DNA of 64,000 nt from Squalus acanthias (lineage: Eukaryota). The stretch covers positions 80,414,001-80,478,000 of the forward strand of contig CM059438.1 in NCBI GenBank assembly GCA_030390025.1. The letters are read 5' to 3'. The notes below the pieces were generated by a model. That model did no database searches. It had not been told where the DNA came from and saw only the letters and a list, made by a program, of their open reading frames with translations. The translations under genes and the position numbers were made by a program. This document shows, one piece after another, positions 24,755 to 36,911 of the stretch (within the stretch, counting starts at the first letter, position 1; the number at the start of each line of letters is the position of its first letter).

Positions 24755-24905
24755 TGCGGAGATGCCGGTGTTGGACTGGGGTGGACAAAAGTGAGAAGTC
24801 GCACAACACCAGGTTATAGTCCAACAGTTTTATTTGAAATCACAAGCTTTCGGAGCTGCTGCCCCTTCGTCAGGTGAAGTAAAGAATACGAATCGACAAA
24901 GCCCA
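24755..24905 (-). mobile_element. Penelope-like tail fragment (second family) with 12-bp TSD
   Basis: TSD ttcctacaatga (24743-24754 / 24906-24917); reverse strand carries a hammerhead motif, then aataaaactgttggactataacctggtgttgtg. Confidence 0.8.
24840..24877 (-). ncRNA. Minimal type-I hammerhead ribozyme motif
   Basis: Reverse strand: tcac-CTGACGA-a-ggggc-agca-gctcc-GAA-agct-t-gtga (stem I tcac/gtga, stem II, palindromic loopless stem III). Confidence 0.7.
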
Positions 24906-26265
24906 TTCCTACAATGACAAGGCTGAGATAGATAATTCTCTGTAGCGGAACTGTGGGTGTTAAGCTGTATCTAATCACGTCTTGAATGCCTGAGTGAGAA
25001 GTATCTCAGTTTTCCAAGGACACAGTCACCACGTTTCACTGGAGCATTCAGAGTGGTAGTCATGTCCCCTATGGTGTTTCTCCCATGAGGAGGGAAGGAA
25101 AACGGTAGGAACATCCACCCTGGTCCCTTGTGCATTGTTTAGTGGTGAGTCACAAAATGGCACGTGTGTAGGCCGGTAGCAGGCTCTTCCTCTCAGCCAG
25201 GGTTGGCGAGTGTGGCAGGGGCAGCATAAAGTGGAGAAAAAAGCATTTTTGAATTGATTTTGTAAAAGTTATTGAGCTATTATTGTCCTCCCAATTCCCC
25301 ATTCTACGCCGGCTGAGAGCACTGACCGAGTCTTAGGGTGGGGCCATTTTTCTTAGTTTGAAAAGTAATGGAGGGAACCTCTATGAAAGGTCCTCCTGAA
25401 AAGTTTCCAAAACAAAAAAGAATTTTTCAAAGCCGACAGTGCCTGGGCATCTTTCATTCACTGTGGGGTGCTCCAGTGATTATAATGTGTAGGAGACTGA
25501 CCAGTTAACAGGGTGCTGAGACACCACTGCACCCCCAGGACTGGTGTGAAAATGGCAACTACAATTGTGTTTTTTTTAAAAACTATTGGTTAAGACTGTT
25601 ACAGGAATATTCCAGGATAAGGTTCTGTAAGTTTACCTACTGTGTTATAGGCAGCAGAATGAGACCGGCACAAAGTTGTATATAACCGGTTTGCAAAAAA
25701 CAGGGCTGCTACACCCCTATTATATGGGTAATGAGCAAAATGAAGGCTTGGTAATAATTTACAAATTCCAGGACATTGGCCGGAATATGTTTTTATGAGG
25801 ATTGCATGGCTATGGAACCATTTATATTAATTTTCAGCAAGTAAGCTAGTTTAGATAATGTCTTAAAAATGGCAAATGGTTGATTGCGAGACAGAGTAGC
25901 TTTGAATGTGCCTTCTGGACAATGTCTTGGAGGAAATGATTAGAATCTGTACAACAGCTCTTACAGCATCCCACAGGATACCGTGGGATATTTTGGGGAG
26001 GGAATGCAAACCTCCTCTGCACTGCCTGGACAGCAAATTAAAAAAAATATATAATCCTTTGTAGCTGCACCAGGAAATAACATAATTCTGAGCACAGATC
26101 CAACTATTAAATTATGCTCAGGAAGTTGAGTTCTGTGCGCTGTGTAGTTATGTTCATTTAGAACAGGACTGCCACAATCGTTTCCTGTGTAACTTTTACA
26201 AGGGAGAATATCCATTTTCCATTGTCAATTTTAGATCAGTTCTTTAAGTCCTATTTAACCAGTCA

Positions 26266-26573
26266 AGATTAGGCACTTTACAGCCTTCTGGCCTCAAAAC
26301 TGAGTTCAACAATTTCAGACTATAACCCCTGCCCCCATTTTTCAGGCTGTTTATGATTCTGCCATCCTCATTTGCAACATTTAATCTCTCCTACCTCCTA
26401 CTCTAGCACAGAATATTCCTTCAGTTCCTGCCTCTGCACCTGCTTAAAATCTGTTACACCTCTAACCTTTTCCAGTTCTGATGAAGGATCACAGACCTGA
26501 AACGTTAACTCTGTTTCTCTCTCCACGGATGCTGTCTGGCCTGCTGAGTGCTTCCAGCATTTTCTGTTGTTAT
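26266..26573 (+). mobile_element. Penelope-like element 3' fragment
   Basis: LGTLQPSGL..EFNNFRL end of the GIY-YIG ORF plus a tail closely matching 44120-44465. Confidence 0.9.
26474..26510 (+). ncRNA. Minimal type-I hammerhead ribozyme motif
   Basis: agtt-CTGATGA-aggatcacagacct-GAA-acgt-t-aact. Confidence 0.65.
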
Positions 26574-27288
26574 CCTCATTTTTAATTGATTCGACAGTAC
26601 ACTGATTTAAAGCTTCCCATAAGTTATTCTATTACTGTCTGCTCCTAATAATTCCAAGTCTTTTATCAAATTATCCAACATTTTAGTTAAGTAATGTAGA
26701 TTTGAATAAGTAAATTTGAATTGAGGAGTAGATTGTAATCTTTTCAAGACTAGGATAGCTTTAGATTCTGTAAAACATATATTATAATTTACATTAGTTG
26801 CAGTTTATTCAAATGTTAAATATTTAGAAATATCCCTACAGTTCTGCACAGTACGCCAGCTCCATTTTGCAATATACAGTGCAGGAAATTTGCAGAATAA
26901 TATTTTTACAGATGTTAAATGCTAGAAAATGTCTGCATATTTTGAATGCTGCAAAAGGACATTTAGTGCTCCGAGTATTAAACATCAGACTGGTAGTAGA
27001 CTGCTAATTCCAGCATTGGATCCTGACTGAAATAGTGCAAGCTGAAATCTTAGTATTGAATGATCAGGGGCATTCAAATTCATTTTTAGTGTGTTTATTT
27101 AGACAATGGGAAAGATAAGGAAAGAACAAAGTTGCATGTATATAGTGCCTTTCATGCTCTCAGGACATCCCAAAGTGCTTCACAGCCCATTAATTATTTT
27201 TGAAGTGTTGTTATGCAAATAAATGTGGCAGCTAATTTGTACATATTGTGGTCCCACAAACAGTAATGAGATAAATGACCAGTTAATC

Positions 27289-27510
27289 ATAGGAACACAG
27301 GAACAGGAGTCGGCCATTCAGCCCCTCGAGCCTGTTCCGCCATTCAATGAGATCGTGGCTGATCTGTGATGTAACTCCATATACCTGCCTTTGGCCCATA
27401 TCCCTTAACACCTTTGGTTAACAAAAAGCTATCAATCTCAGATTTAAAATTAACAATTGATCTAGCATCAATTGCTGTGTGCGGAAGAGAGTTCCAAACT
27501 TCTACCACCC

Positions 27511-27547
<37 letters not shown>

Positions 27548-28076
27548 GTTTCCTCATTTCACTCCTGAAAGGTCTGGCTCTAATTTTTAGACTATGCCCC
27601 CCAGTCCTAGAATCCCCAATCAGCGGAAATAGTTTCTCTCTATCTACCCTATCTGTTCCCCTTAATATCTTGAAAACTTCCATCAGATCACCCCTAAGCC
27701 TTTTAACCACTAGGGATTACAACCCTAATTTGTGTTATCTCTCCTCGTAACTTAACCCTTGGAGTCCGGGTATCATTCTGGTAAATCTACGCTGCACTCC
27801 CACCAAGGCCAATATATCCTTCCTAAGGTGTGGTGCCCAGTACTGCTCTCAGTACCCCAGGTGTGGTCTAACCAGGGCTTTGTATAGCTGCAGCATAACT
27901 TCTACCTCCTTGTATTCTAGTCCTCTAGATATAAAGGCCAGCATTCCATTAGCCTTTTTGATTATTTTCTGTACCTGTTCATGACATTTTAATGATCTAT
28001 GTACCTGGACCCCCAAGTCCACTGTTTTTAGCTTTTCATCATTTGGAAAGTACCCTGTTCTTTCCTTAGTAGGTCC
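27289..28076 (-). mobile_element. CR1 LINE fragment (same subfamily as 7851-8696)
   Basis: DLGVQVHRSLKCHEQVQKIIKKANGMLAFISRGLEYK..LYKALVRPHL; RLRGDLMEVFKILRG; near-identical 3' UTR. Confidence 0.95.
27513..27543. repeat. (TG)n microsatellite inside the CR1
   Basis: About 15 TG units at the position where the sister copy has gcttgt. Confidence 0.95.
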
Positions 28077-30372
28077 AATCTGTTTTGAGGGTGTTGGTTG
28101 AGGGGTAAATGTTGGCCAAAACATCAGGGAACTCCCCTGCTCTTCTTCAAGTAATGCATTGGCATCTGTTACATCCACCTGAACAGATAGATGGGGCCTC
28201 AGTTCAACTTCCCATCCAAAAGGTGGCATCTCTGACAAGGCAACACTCCCTCGGTACTGCACTCAAGTGTCAGGCCAGATTATGTGCTCAAATTGCTGGA
28301 GAGGAACTTGAACCCACAACCTTCTGATTCAGAAGTGAAAGTGTGAGCCACTCTGACACATAAGTCAGGTGACCAGACCATCCTGTTGTCTTGATTGAAA
28401 AAGATTACAAACATTTCAAGTCTTTAGATGATTGAGAGGCATGTTTTCCATAGTGCCATTGATTCTGTACCTAGATATCCTGCCAGTATTCAGACTATGT
28501 CCTCACAGAACCTGGGCGGGGGGGAAAGAAATCCTCAAATTAATCCTTTCTTAAGGAGCAGCAGGTTGCATCTAAAGGAAGAACTAAGAGAGAAAGTTAA
28601 CAAAGCAAATGACCCATAACTTTGGAAAAAAATAATCTTAGTTCCTGACAAACATATTAGGCTTTACATTGGACTTTTCCTGCTTCACATGGGCAGCTGA
28701 AAGACAGCCTCAGAACCTTTCAGCATTGGCAAGGGTCAGTTATAAAACTAAACTTCAATTAAAGATAAAAAATAATGAAATTACACACATTCCTCTGAAG
28801 GACAATGTATGGGCCCATTTTTCAAACACAGACTCTCAGTCTGGAGCCTCGCCTCTTAAGAATACATCAGAAAATTGCAGGCTGCTCCCCACAAATTGCT
28901 TCAATTTACTGAAGGCACTTGGAAAATTGGCCCTGTGTTTTGCTGCACTTTTAGTGCAGAATTGTAGAGACCAGGAAAAGGATTTATCTGCACGGGTGAA
29001 ATTCCTCCTGTTAATTCAATGACAAAGTTGACGTCCGTAATACATGGGTTTCCCCCTTTTGTACTCATGGTTACTTTCTTGGTAATACTACTGGCAGAAG
29101 GAAGCTCCCCCCCAATGTTCCTTCAGTGCCTGCCAGTGCGAGGTGACCCATATCATCTGGGCCCTAGCCGAGAATTCAACTCTCAAGTCCAGGAAGAGTT
29201 TCGGTCCACTTGTTTATGCAATTGCGTTATCCAGCCATATAAAAGAAGATTAGTACTTGGCAAATGAAATAAACTAATAATAATATCTCTGTGCATTAAA
29301 ACCTACACTGTCATTTTCATTTTAGTAATTATAGTTAATTACTACTTCATTGGGAGAATTAAAATCAGCCCTGCAATTTTTTCATTGAACAAGCTCAGCA
29401 TCAGTTCTGATCTCGCGGTGTGTTCGAGGCCCCTCTGTACATCTGCACAAGCACGTCCATAATTTCTAATTACATAGTTGTTAAATATAATGAGCAGCTA
29501 ACCTTAGACATCTGCTGTTGCGGTATGATTGAGCAAACTGATTAATGCATTTTGGGGGCTGTTATAAAACAAATTAGAGCTTTATTGAAAAGAAAAAATA
29601 GAAACGGTTTATGGTTTGTGAGTGGTATAAGTATTACCAGAAATGTATTTATACATGACTGCCGCACTGCAGCAAATGGTAACAGTGATTCCAAAGACTT
29701 GTTATCTGGTTAGGGTCTCGACTTACACAGTCTAAGGAAATACTCAAAACAGCGCAACAAATTACATTTAGGGCCTTCCGTTTATAACATATCAAATATT
29801 CACATAGTTGTAAATTCAAGACTTGAACAGACACATTCACTGAGCCGGCATTTCTCCCCAGTGAAGACCATGCAAGCAGAGGCGTTCCTACTTTCACTTA
29901 ATACCTCAAAATGTTAAATTTGTGAAAGTAGCAACATCAGTACAATGACAACACTGGCTAAGGACGGCAAGTTAGCCTCGTGTATTCATGGAAGTCTTCG
30001 ATGAACAGCTTGAAGTCCAGCTCTTCCGATGCATCATTGAATGTAAATACCAATGGTTTAAGGGACATGGTGGAAAATGGGAGTATTGTAGTTATGCAAT
30101 AAAACCAGAATATAAATTTATGAGCAGTTTTCCTCAAGTTCCAAATTCGAGGTTTCTTGGTGAAATTGACATGAGATGTGACTTCAAACAATGTGCAGAA
30201 GTAAAACCCCCTTGAACCTGTTGTAAGATGTCATTACTGAATTCATGGAAAATAGAACTGCGGCAGAATTAAAATCCTAAAATTTTATTCGTTATATGTA
30301 CCACCTTTTAATTAGACCAAAAGTAAAATAGGAAGGAGATGGGAACTGCTGACCTGACCATAGTTTAGAAGG

Positions 30373-30590
30373 AATAAAAACAGAAAATGCTGGAAATACT
30401 CAGCAGGTCAGGCAGCATCTGTGGAGAGAGAAACAGAGTTAACGTTTCAGGTCGATGACCCTTCGAAGGGTCATCGACCTGAAACGTTAACTCTGTTTCT
30501 CTCTCCACAGATGCTGCCTGACCTGCTGAGTATTTCCAGCATTTTCTGTTTTTATTTCAGATTTCCAGCATCCGCAGTATTTTGCTTTTG
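30373..30590. mobile_element. Penelope-like tail in inverted arrangement; perfect 184-bp palindrome 30373-30556
   Basis: 92-bp arms centred on ttc|gaa (30464/30465); TSD-like tagtttagaa at 30361-30370 and 30594-30603; sequence matches the tail at 44375-44499. Confidence 0.92.
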
Positions 30591-30765
30591 GATTAGTTTA
30601 GAAAGAGGCAGATAAAACAGACAACAATAAAAAAAAACTTAGTGATATTTTCATTTTATCTTTTATACATATTTTGAGTTCCTGTCCTATCTCTGATTTC
30701 CCATATCAATGCTGTAAATCTTCATCTGAAGGATGGCATGTTCTGGGCAGGAGATTTCTCCGTGC

Positions 30766-31198
30766 ATGGTATCATCAATGGTAGCACTTTCACCTCAGAA
30801 TCAGAAGGTCGTGGGTTCAAGCCCCACTCTAGAGACTTGAGCACATAATCTAGGCTGACACTTCAGTACATTACTGAGGGAATGCTGCACCGTTGGAGGT
30901 TTCATCTTTCGGATGAGACGTTAAGCTAAGTCTGCCCTCTTGGATAGATCCCACAGCACTATTCGGAGAAGTGCAGGGGAGTTCTCCCAGTGTCCTGGCC
31001 AACATTTATCCCTCAACCCGCACCTAAAACAGATCATTGTGGTCATTTATTTCATTGTTGTCTGTGGGAGCTTGTTGTGTGCAAATTGGCTGCCACATTT
31101 CCTACAACAGTGACTGCACTTCCAAAGTAATTCATTGGCTGTAAAGTGCTTTGGGACATCCTGAGGTCATTAAATGCAAGTTCATTCTTTCTTTCATT
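30766..31198 (+). mobile_element. DeuSINE/SacSINE1-like SINE, near full length
   Basis: tRNA-derived head with B box ggttcaagccc, central Deu-type domain, tail aaatgcaagttcattctttc. Confidence 0.88.
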
Positions 31199-34100
31199 CA
31201 ACGCTGCTTTCAGTCAGTTGACAGAAGGCATGATTTGCAGGTCTCTGTACCAGTTTATCTTCTTTTTCTTCTTCCCACTTCCCCAAGATTAACTGCTCTG
31301 TCACTACAAGATAGACCATCTAGGCACCTTATCAAGAACCAGCAAATTGTGAAAGAGAGGATAGCTGAGGCAAGATGATTGCCAAGACTAGATTTGAACC
31401 TGTGGTCCTGGATGAAAGTCCAATGTTCTTCTTTAAACCCCATTTCAGTTATGTTTGATAGTCTTCAAATGGCAAAAACAAATGAATGCTCGAAGTTTTG
31501 AGATCTCTAATTGAAAGAAAATCAGCAATTCGACTTGAATACAGCCAACAACAGCGGAGGAGTGTTGCCAGTTACCGACCTCCTTCTAAACTGTGATCAG
31601 GCCAACTGCCTCACTCCTTCCTGTATGTGTGCTCTCGTTAAAGAACTTATTATATAAAACTAATAACCTACTGAGCACTGTTCTTTTCTTCATTGATTCC
31701 TTAACAGTATCCCTGTTACCACAGATATTTTTTAGACATTGAAAATAAAGGGAGCCATCTAAAATGGACTGAGTCAACTGAAATAAGCAATGCACATTTT
31801 AATGACTTACTGAGTATGAATTGATGATAATTGTGTTACACAGGCACAGACAGAAAGATATTGTTTAAATAGGCTGCTAAATAAGGGCTCATGCCTACGG
31901 CATTTACCCTGATTGAACACAATCTATGTGTGGTCACATTTGCCTTCCTTGCTTTGTGACTTATTAATAGCTAATAGTGTTCTCTGTTCATAAAATGCAC
32001 ATTGTAAAAGTAAGAACATATGAGATCCATATAACAAAATAACTATACCTAAAATCATTAATGTATTATCATTAAAGAGGAACAGGATATATAAAATCAC
32101 ATGATTATGTACTTCAAGTTCAGGTTTTCACATTCATCAAGGAAGCTGTCAAATATGATTTGTTAATGAGATTTCAAAAATCTTGTTTGGCGATGGTTTT
32201 GTAGTAATGTTAAAATGATTTATTTATGCTCGAATGAAATATTGGTGTAGTTAATGTTTCAAATTATGACTCTGTATTTTGGAAACAATTTAGTAAAAAT
32301 ACATTCTGCATTAAAACCGTTCACAAAGCTTGGGGATTCTAGGTCCTACCAATAACTTGCATCTCAACTTTTCTTTTTCCATTTTGAAACTTCATGCTTT
32401 AAATATATTATCAAAAAATATAGTATTAATGTTATTGCCAATAATACATAATTGATGCCTAGCATTGTAAAGCCAGTATTACCTTGACTGTAACTGGAAC
32501 AGTCATTGGTCATCAAGCTTGACCAGTCCGACGGACTTTAAATGATCTGATCACAAATAAACTTTACTGTTGGTGTAAAATGGATTCACAAAATGACAGA
32601 ATACTCATCGAAAGATTATTTGATTACAGTTTGCCTTGAGTATTAGCATAACAATAACGAGATTAAGAGCCAGCCATTTGTTTTTAAAGATATATTTTTC
32701 ATCTAGTCAGAAAAAGAACTCTCTGAAATACCTCACATGGTAGTTTCTATGTTTTGTTGTCATACACGAGAAAACAAACTGGATATCAATTGCAAGAAAC
32801 TCCGAATCCTCTGAAAGTGATCCAAAAGCCTTTACATCACCATAGAATTGAACATGTATTATATTCCTGAGAAAATAACAAATTGTTCTGATCATTTGAT
32901 AAGCTTCCTTGTAAAAGAAACCTTTTAATATGAGAAAAAAAAGTTTGCAAATTAACCATTCCTGAGCATGAGTTACTTGTGCCTGAAGGTATGCTGTCTG
33001 CAGTGGTGTATAGCAGACACCAGACAATTGCCATCCTCAAGGATTCCACAGATTCAGCCTGTGGGAATGCATCAGCAAACCTAAAGAGCAAGTTGTTACT
33101 ATTTCCTCTAAGATATTGACTGCTCAAGAATTTTAGGACAATGGTTGGACCACTGTTAGATGTAGAATTCTAAAACTAGTTAGACACTGATCACCAGTTT
33201 TCCATTATTGCATCCAATGATTCAAAGTAAACAATGTCCCTACAGTAGTGGTGTCCTGTCCTTGGATACTTTGTCAATATGACATCGGAGAATCGTTGAT
33301 GCCATATTGATTAATTCCTTTAGAAAGCAGATGGATTTATAGGAACAGGATTGAAGGTTATGAGGAACAAGTCAAATGATCAAATACTCCACAACATGGT
33401 GGTTCCTGTGTTGTTGAGGTTCGGGGTGGTGGGGGTAGGGGGTATTGTATCCACCAAGTGCAGCAGGCCAAGGGGTCAATAGTGGACATGAATAAATATT
33501 CTGACATTTTGCTAATTGCCTTTAAGGGGCAGAGAGTTGTTAAGCAAAACTTTCTCTTAGGAGATTAATTTTGGCCTAGAATCTATAGGGTAGAATCCAC
33601 ATGGCCTGTGGAAGGATGGAGTTTAATAGGCCAAGTGGCCTTTTCTTCTTTCATGCTTTCTTATACCCTTACTTACTCAGTGTGCTTCTGACATCTAGTG
33701 GCAGAAAATTAACTCTGCAGGTACCTTTATTGACAGCCCATATTGTACGGACACCTTTGATCCTTCCCGTGTTGCCTATGGATACGAGTTTATGGCAATG
33801 TGTAATACTCGCCTAGATCACAACAGTTAGAACAGAATATTGACCAGGTTTGCAAAAATACAAACCACCTTTTTGTAGCTTTTTATTCCATAAGTCAAGC
33901 AAATTATATTAGAAATCTTGTTTGTTGGAAAACTATTCAAGCAATGAACCATTGAGAGGGGTAGCACATATGCTGTCTTCCAGCATCCCCCCATCTTACA
34001 TGGAAAACAAAGAGAGCTCCAGGACGTATGTAAAAACAAAAATCCTCCTGTCTGGAGCAACATGTCACTTTCCTGCCCTTTTGCACTCTCATTGTGTTTT

Positions 34101-35317
34101 CTCAATCAGAGAACATGCGGAGGTTGTAAGTTTTAACACAACCTCGCAAAAGGAACTCTCTGCCTATCAGACAGCTATGAGGGGGAGAAAGCTCCCCGTG
34201 GCCTTGCACATTCAAGCCATTGTAAAAGAACGTCATTTTAACTTTCTGTAGATGTCAACATGCACATTGCCCGTTGCACAGAGATAGGGGTGTAATTGTT
34301 TTGACGATTCTGATGGAAACTTGAGCTAGGACCAAAAAACAAAGAGAATTTCTTCATCTGCCGTGTTCTTTGAAAACAATTCAGTACATGTATTAATAGC
34401 TGTATACCAAGGCTTAGGTCATTATTTTGATACAATAAACGCTACCGACTCCTCAAAGGGTTAAATGATTCAAGTTTCACCTTTGTATCAAACCTGTTTA
34501 AAATACACAGGTTAACGCCTTTGTTAAAATGGAGCACAAAAGGGTCTCATACGAACGTATTCACTGCTTTGTTACTGATATCACGTTGTGAGATTCCAGC
34601 CCCTGTGTGCTTTTTTGAAGGAGCTGGTTTTATTCCAAAAGGTCCTCACCGGAACATGTGCTTCTAGTGAATCCTAAGCTTTGAGATCACACAGTTGTCC
34701 CAACATTAGAATAAATCCTTTAAATCAGAATGAAATATAATCTAGTCTGAAACACTGATGGGTGAGATAGAGCTGTTCATCTATTGACTGGTTCTAAATA
34801 TTCTTTTAAATGACGTCACTATCCAGCTTTCTTAATTTTATTTTCTCTGTATCCTCCCTGCAGGCAACTTTCAGGAATCAGCGGGAACGTAAATGTTTAT
34901 TCATATGTAAGATGTAAAGATAGATCAAAGCTTGCTTCCACTGAATTTTAATGTAGTGACCTTGGCTGGAATCGTTCAGTTTGTGGTCTACTTACTACCC
35001 AGTTACCACTTACTATTTTGCTGTTCTTAAGCAATATAAATCGCTCGGCAGTGTTTTCTGCATTGAATTAAACACAGCTGCACCGGATTGGTGCGCAATG
35101 ACTAAAAACACCAATTAAGCCAATTATTAGGTTGCAGGGCTGATTAAATTAAAACAATTTTCTACATGAAATACTATCTTATTCCATTTGTGTTATAAAT
35201 CACAATTGAAGTAGGTTAAAATACCATCAGCAAGAAATGACCTCTTTGGCCATATTTTTAGGTAGCAGCAATTTCTCATGAACGTGGAATAATCCTTTAC
35301 ACATAATTTACAGGCCA

Positions 35318-35720
35318 GGCCTCCTCAAGTGGCTAAGTAGCTAAATGCAATCTGTGATATGGTACTCAGCCACACAAACCAGGAAGGCTCCAGGTTTGCT
35401 CTGTGCTGAGTTAATTGTCCTCAGCTTGAACAGCCATAAGGTCGCAATAATTCTCAGTATCCTGGGCCAAGGAAGGGAAAAAAAATATCATCTAGGGCTC
35501 CTGCCCCTAATTGCTATGCAGTGATCAGCGTGTACAGACTCTTAGTGAGGATAGGTTGGGGCTATTGAGGACCTTTGCACTCCGAATACCCCAACACTAT
35601 TGACTATCTAGGCTCACTCATTAAGAATGGCCAATTGAGTGGTACTAGACGATCGGCAACACTTGTGGAACCGTACCTCAGCATTAGTTATTGCCTCCAG
35701 GACAGTAGCAGAGAAAAAAC
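35318..35720 (+). mobile_element. SINE family X, near full length
   Basis: Head gtggctaagtagctaaatgc..ccaggaaggctccaggttt; 3' aagaatggcc..gtggaaccgtacctcagca..gagaaaaaa. Confidence 0.55.
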
Positions 35721-35807
35721 ATTGAATTTACAAGGCAAGAGTTAATTGTTTGTCCTTGAACGAGCTGTGACACTTTTACCTCAGCAGATACGTTCTTTAT
35801 TTATTTT

Positions 35808-36565
35808 TTCACTTTTCTTCCCTCCCGCCCTCTCCTGATGTCATTGGCTCAGGTATAATTCCTTTGCCCTCCGATATCTCACTCAATTGGCCATCCGTTA
35901 TGTTTTTTTTTAATTTATTCGTTCATGGGCTGTGGGTGTCGCCAGCATTTATTGGTCATCCCTAATTGCCCTCGAGAAGGTGGTGGTGAGCCGCCTTATA
36001 CAACTGAGTTGGCTTGTTGGCTATCTCAGAGGGCAGTTAAGAGTCAACCACATTGCTGGAGTCACATATAGGCCAGACCCGGTAAAGACGGCAGATTTCC
36101 TTACCTAAAGAACATTAGTGAACCAGATGGGTTTTTACAACAATTTGGTAGTTTCATGGTCACCATTGCTGATACTAGCTTTTTATTCCAGATTTATTTA
36201 ACTGAATTTAAATTCCCAGCTGCCCATTTGCTGGGATTTGATCATTAGTCCAGGTTTCTGGATTACTAGCCCAGTGACATTACCACTATGCGACTGTACC
36301 CGATAAATGTGTGAAGTGCATCACAGCCAAAGCCTGTCCTCACCTGGTGACTACATACTTGCACTTCCAGTTAGGGGTTGTCAGATCGTGATGGCGAGTG
36401 GGAGTGCTGGCTCATTTTCCCCTACCCAACCCAGGGCACTGAAGCCAATTGTACATCTCCCTGGCTGAGAGCAACTAACGCAGCACAGACCAAGGACCAA
36501 ACCTGAGACCTTTCTGGATTCTGTGTGCCTCATTAATCGTTGCATAAACATTAGTGAGCCATCAG
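35808..36565 (-). mobile_element. SINE family X copy split by a younger SINE (35904-36302)
   Basis: 35808-35903 is the 3' end and 36303-36565 the 5' half; both align to 35318-35720 in reverse. Confidence 0.55.
35904..36302 (-). mobile_element. tRNA-derived SINE carrying the 3' tail of the LINE at 22624-22965
   Basis: Reverse-strand head gcatagtggtaatgtcactgggctagtaatccag; core aaaaacccatctggttcactaatg; tail aaggcggctcaccaccaccttctcgagggcaattagggatg..catgaacgaataaatt. Confidence 0.8.
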
Positions 36566-36911
36566 CAGCACAGACATGAATTTCTATGATGCAGGCTTCT
36601 TGTAGACATCAGTGGACTATTAAATGGGCATCCTGCAATGCTGCACTGTAATGAAGGATTCCAGATTCATCCGTTTTCCTAAATAGGTAGCCTGATGGGA
36701 ACAATGTTATTCAATTGTAGCATCTCTGTAGATTCTGGCCCTAATGAACTGCACACACATGAAGCTATGTGCACCTCGTCACAAGGCAGTACTACATATC
36801 ACTTACAAAAGTTACCATTTCATCAGTTTGTGCGTTGTATGTAATGTGCCAATCTCATCAAGTACTTCTTCTCAAGGACATCCCATGTGATAGCATGACC
36901 CTGATATTTAT

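Larger units (their letters stand above)
27118..28355 (-). mobile_element. DeuSINE/SacSINE1-like SINE split by a CR1 (27289-28076)
   Basis: 27118-27288 is the 3' part and 28077-28355 the 5' part; rejoining at taatc|tgtttt restores colinearity with 53098-53546. Confidence 0.85.

Noticed and set aside
29958-30217. Opposing ORFs and a minus-strand acceptor-like site
   Set aside because: Translations resemble no family I recognise; length is compatible with chance
32707-33127. Two overlapping minus-strand ORFs of ~100 aa
   Set aside because: No motifs and no support as exons
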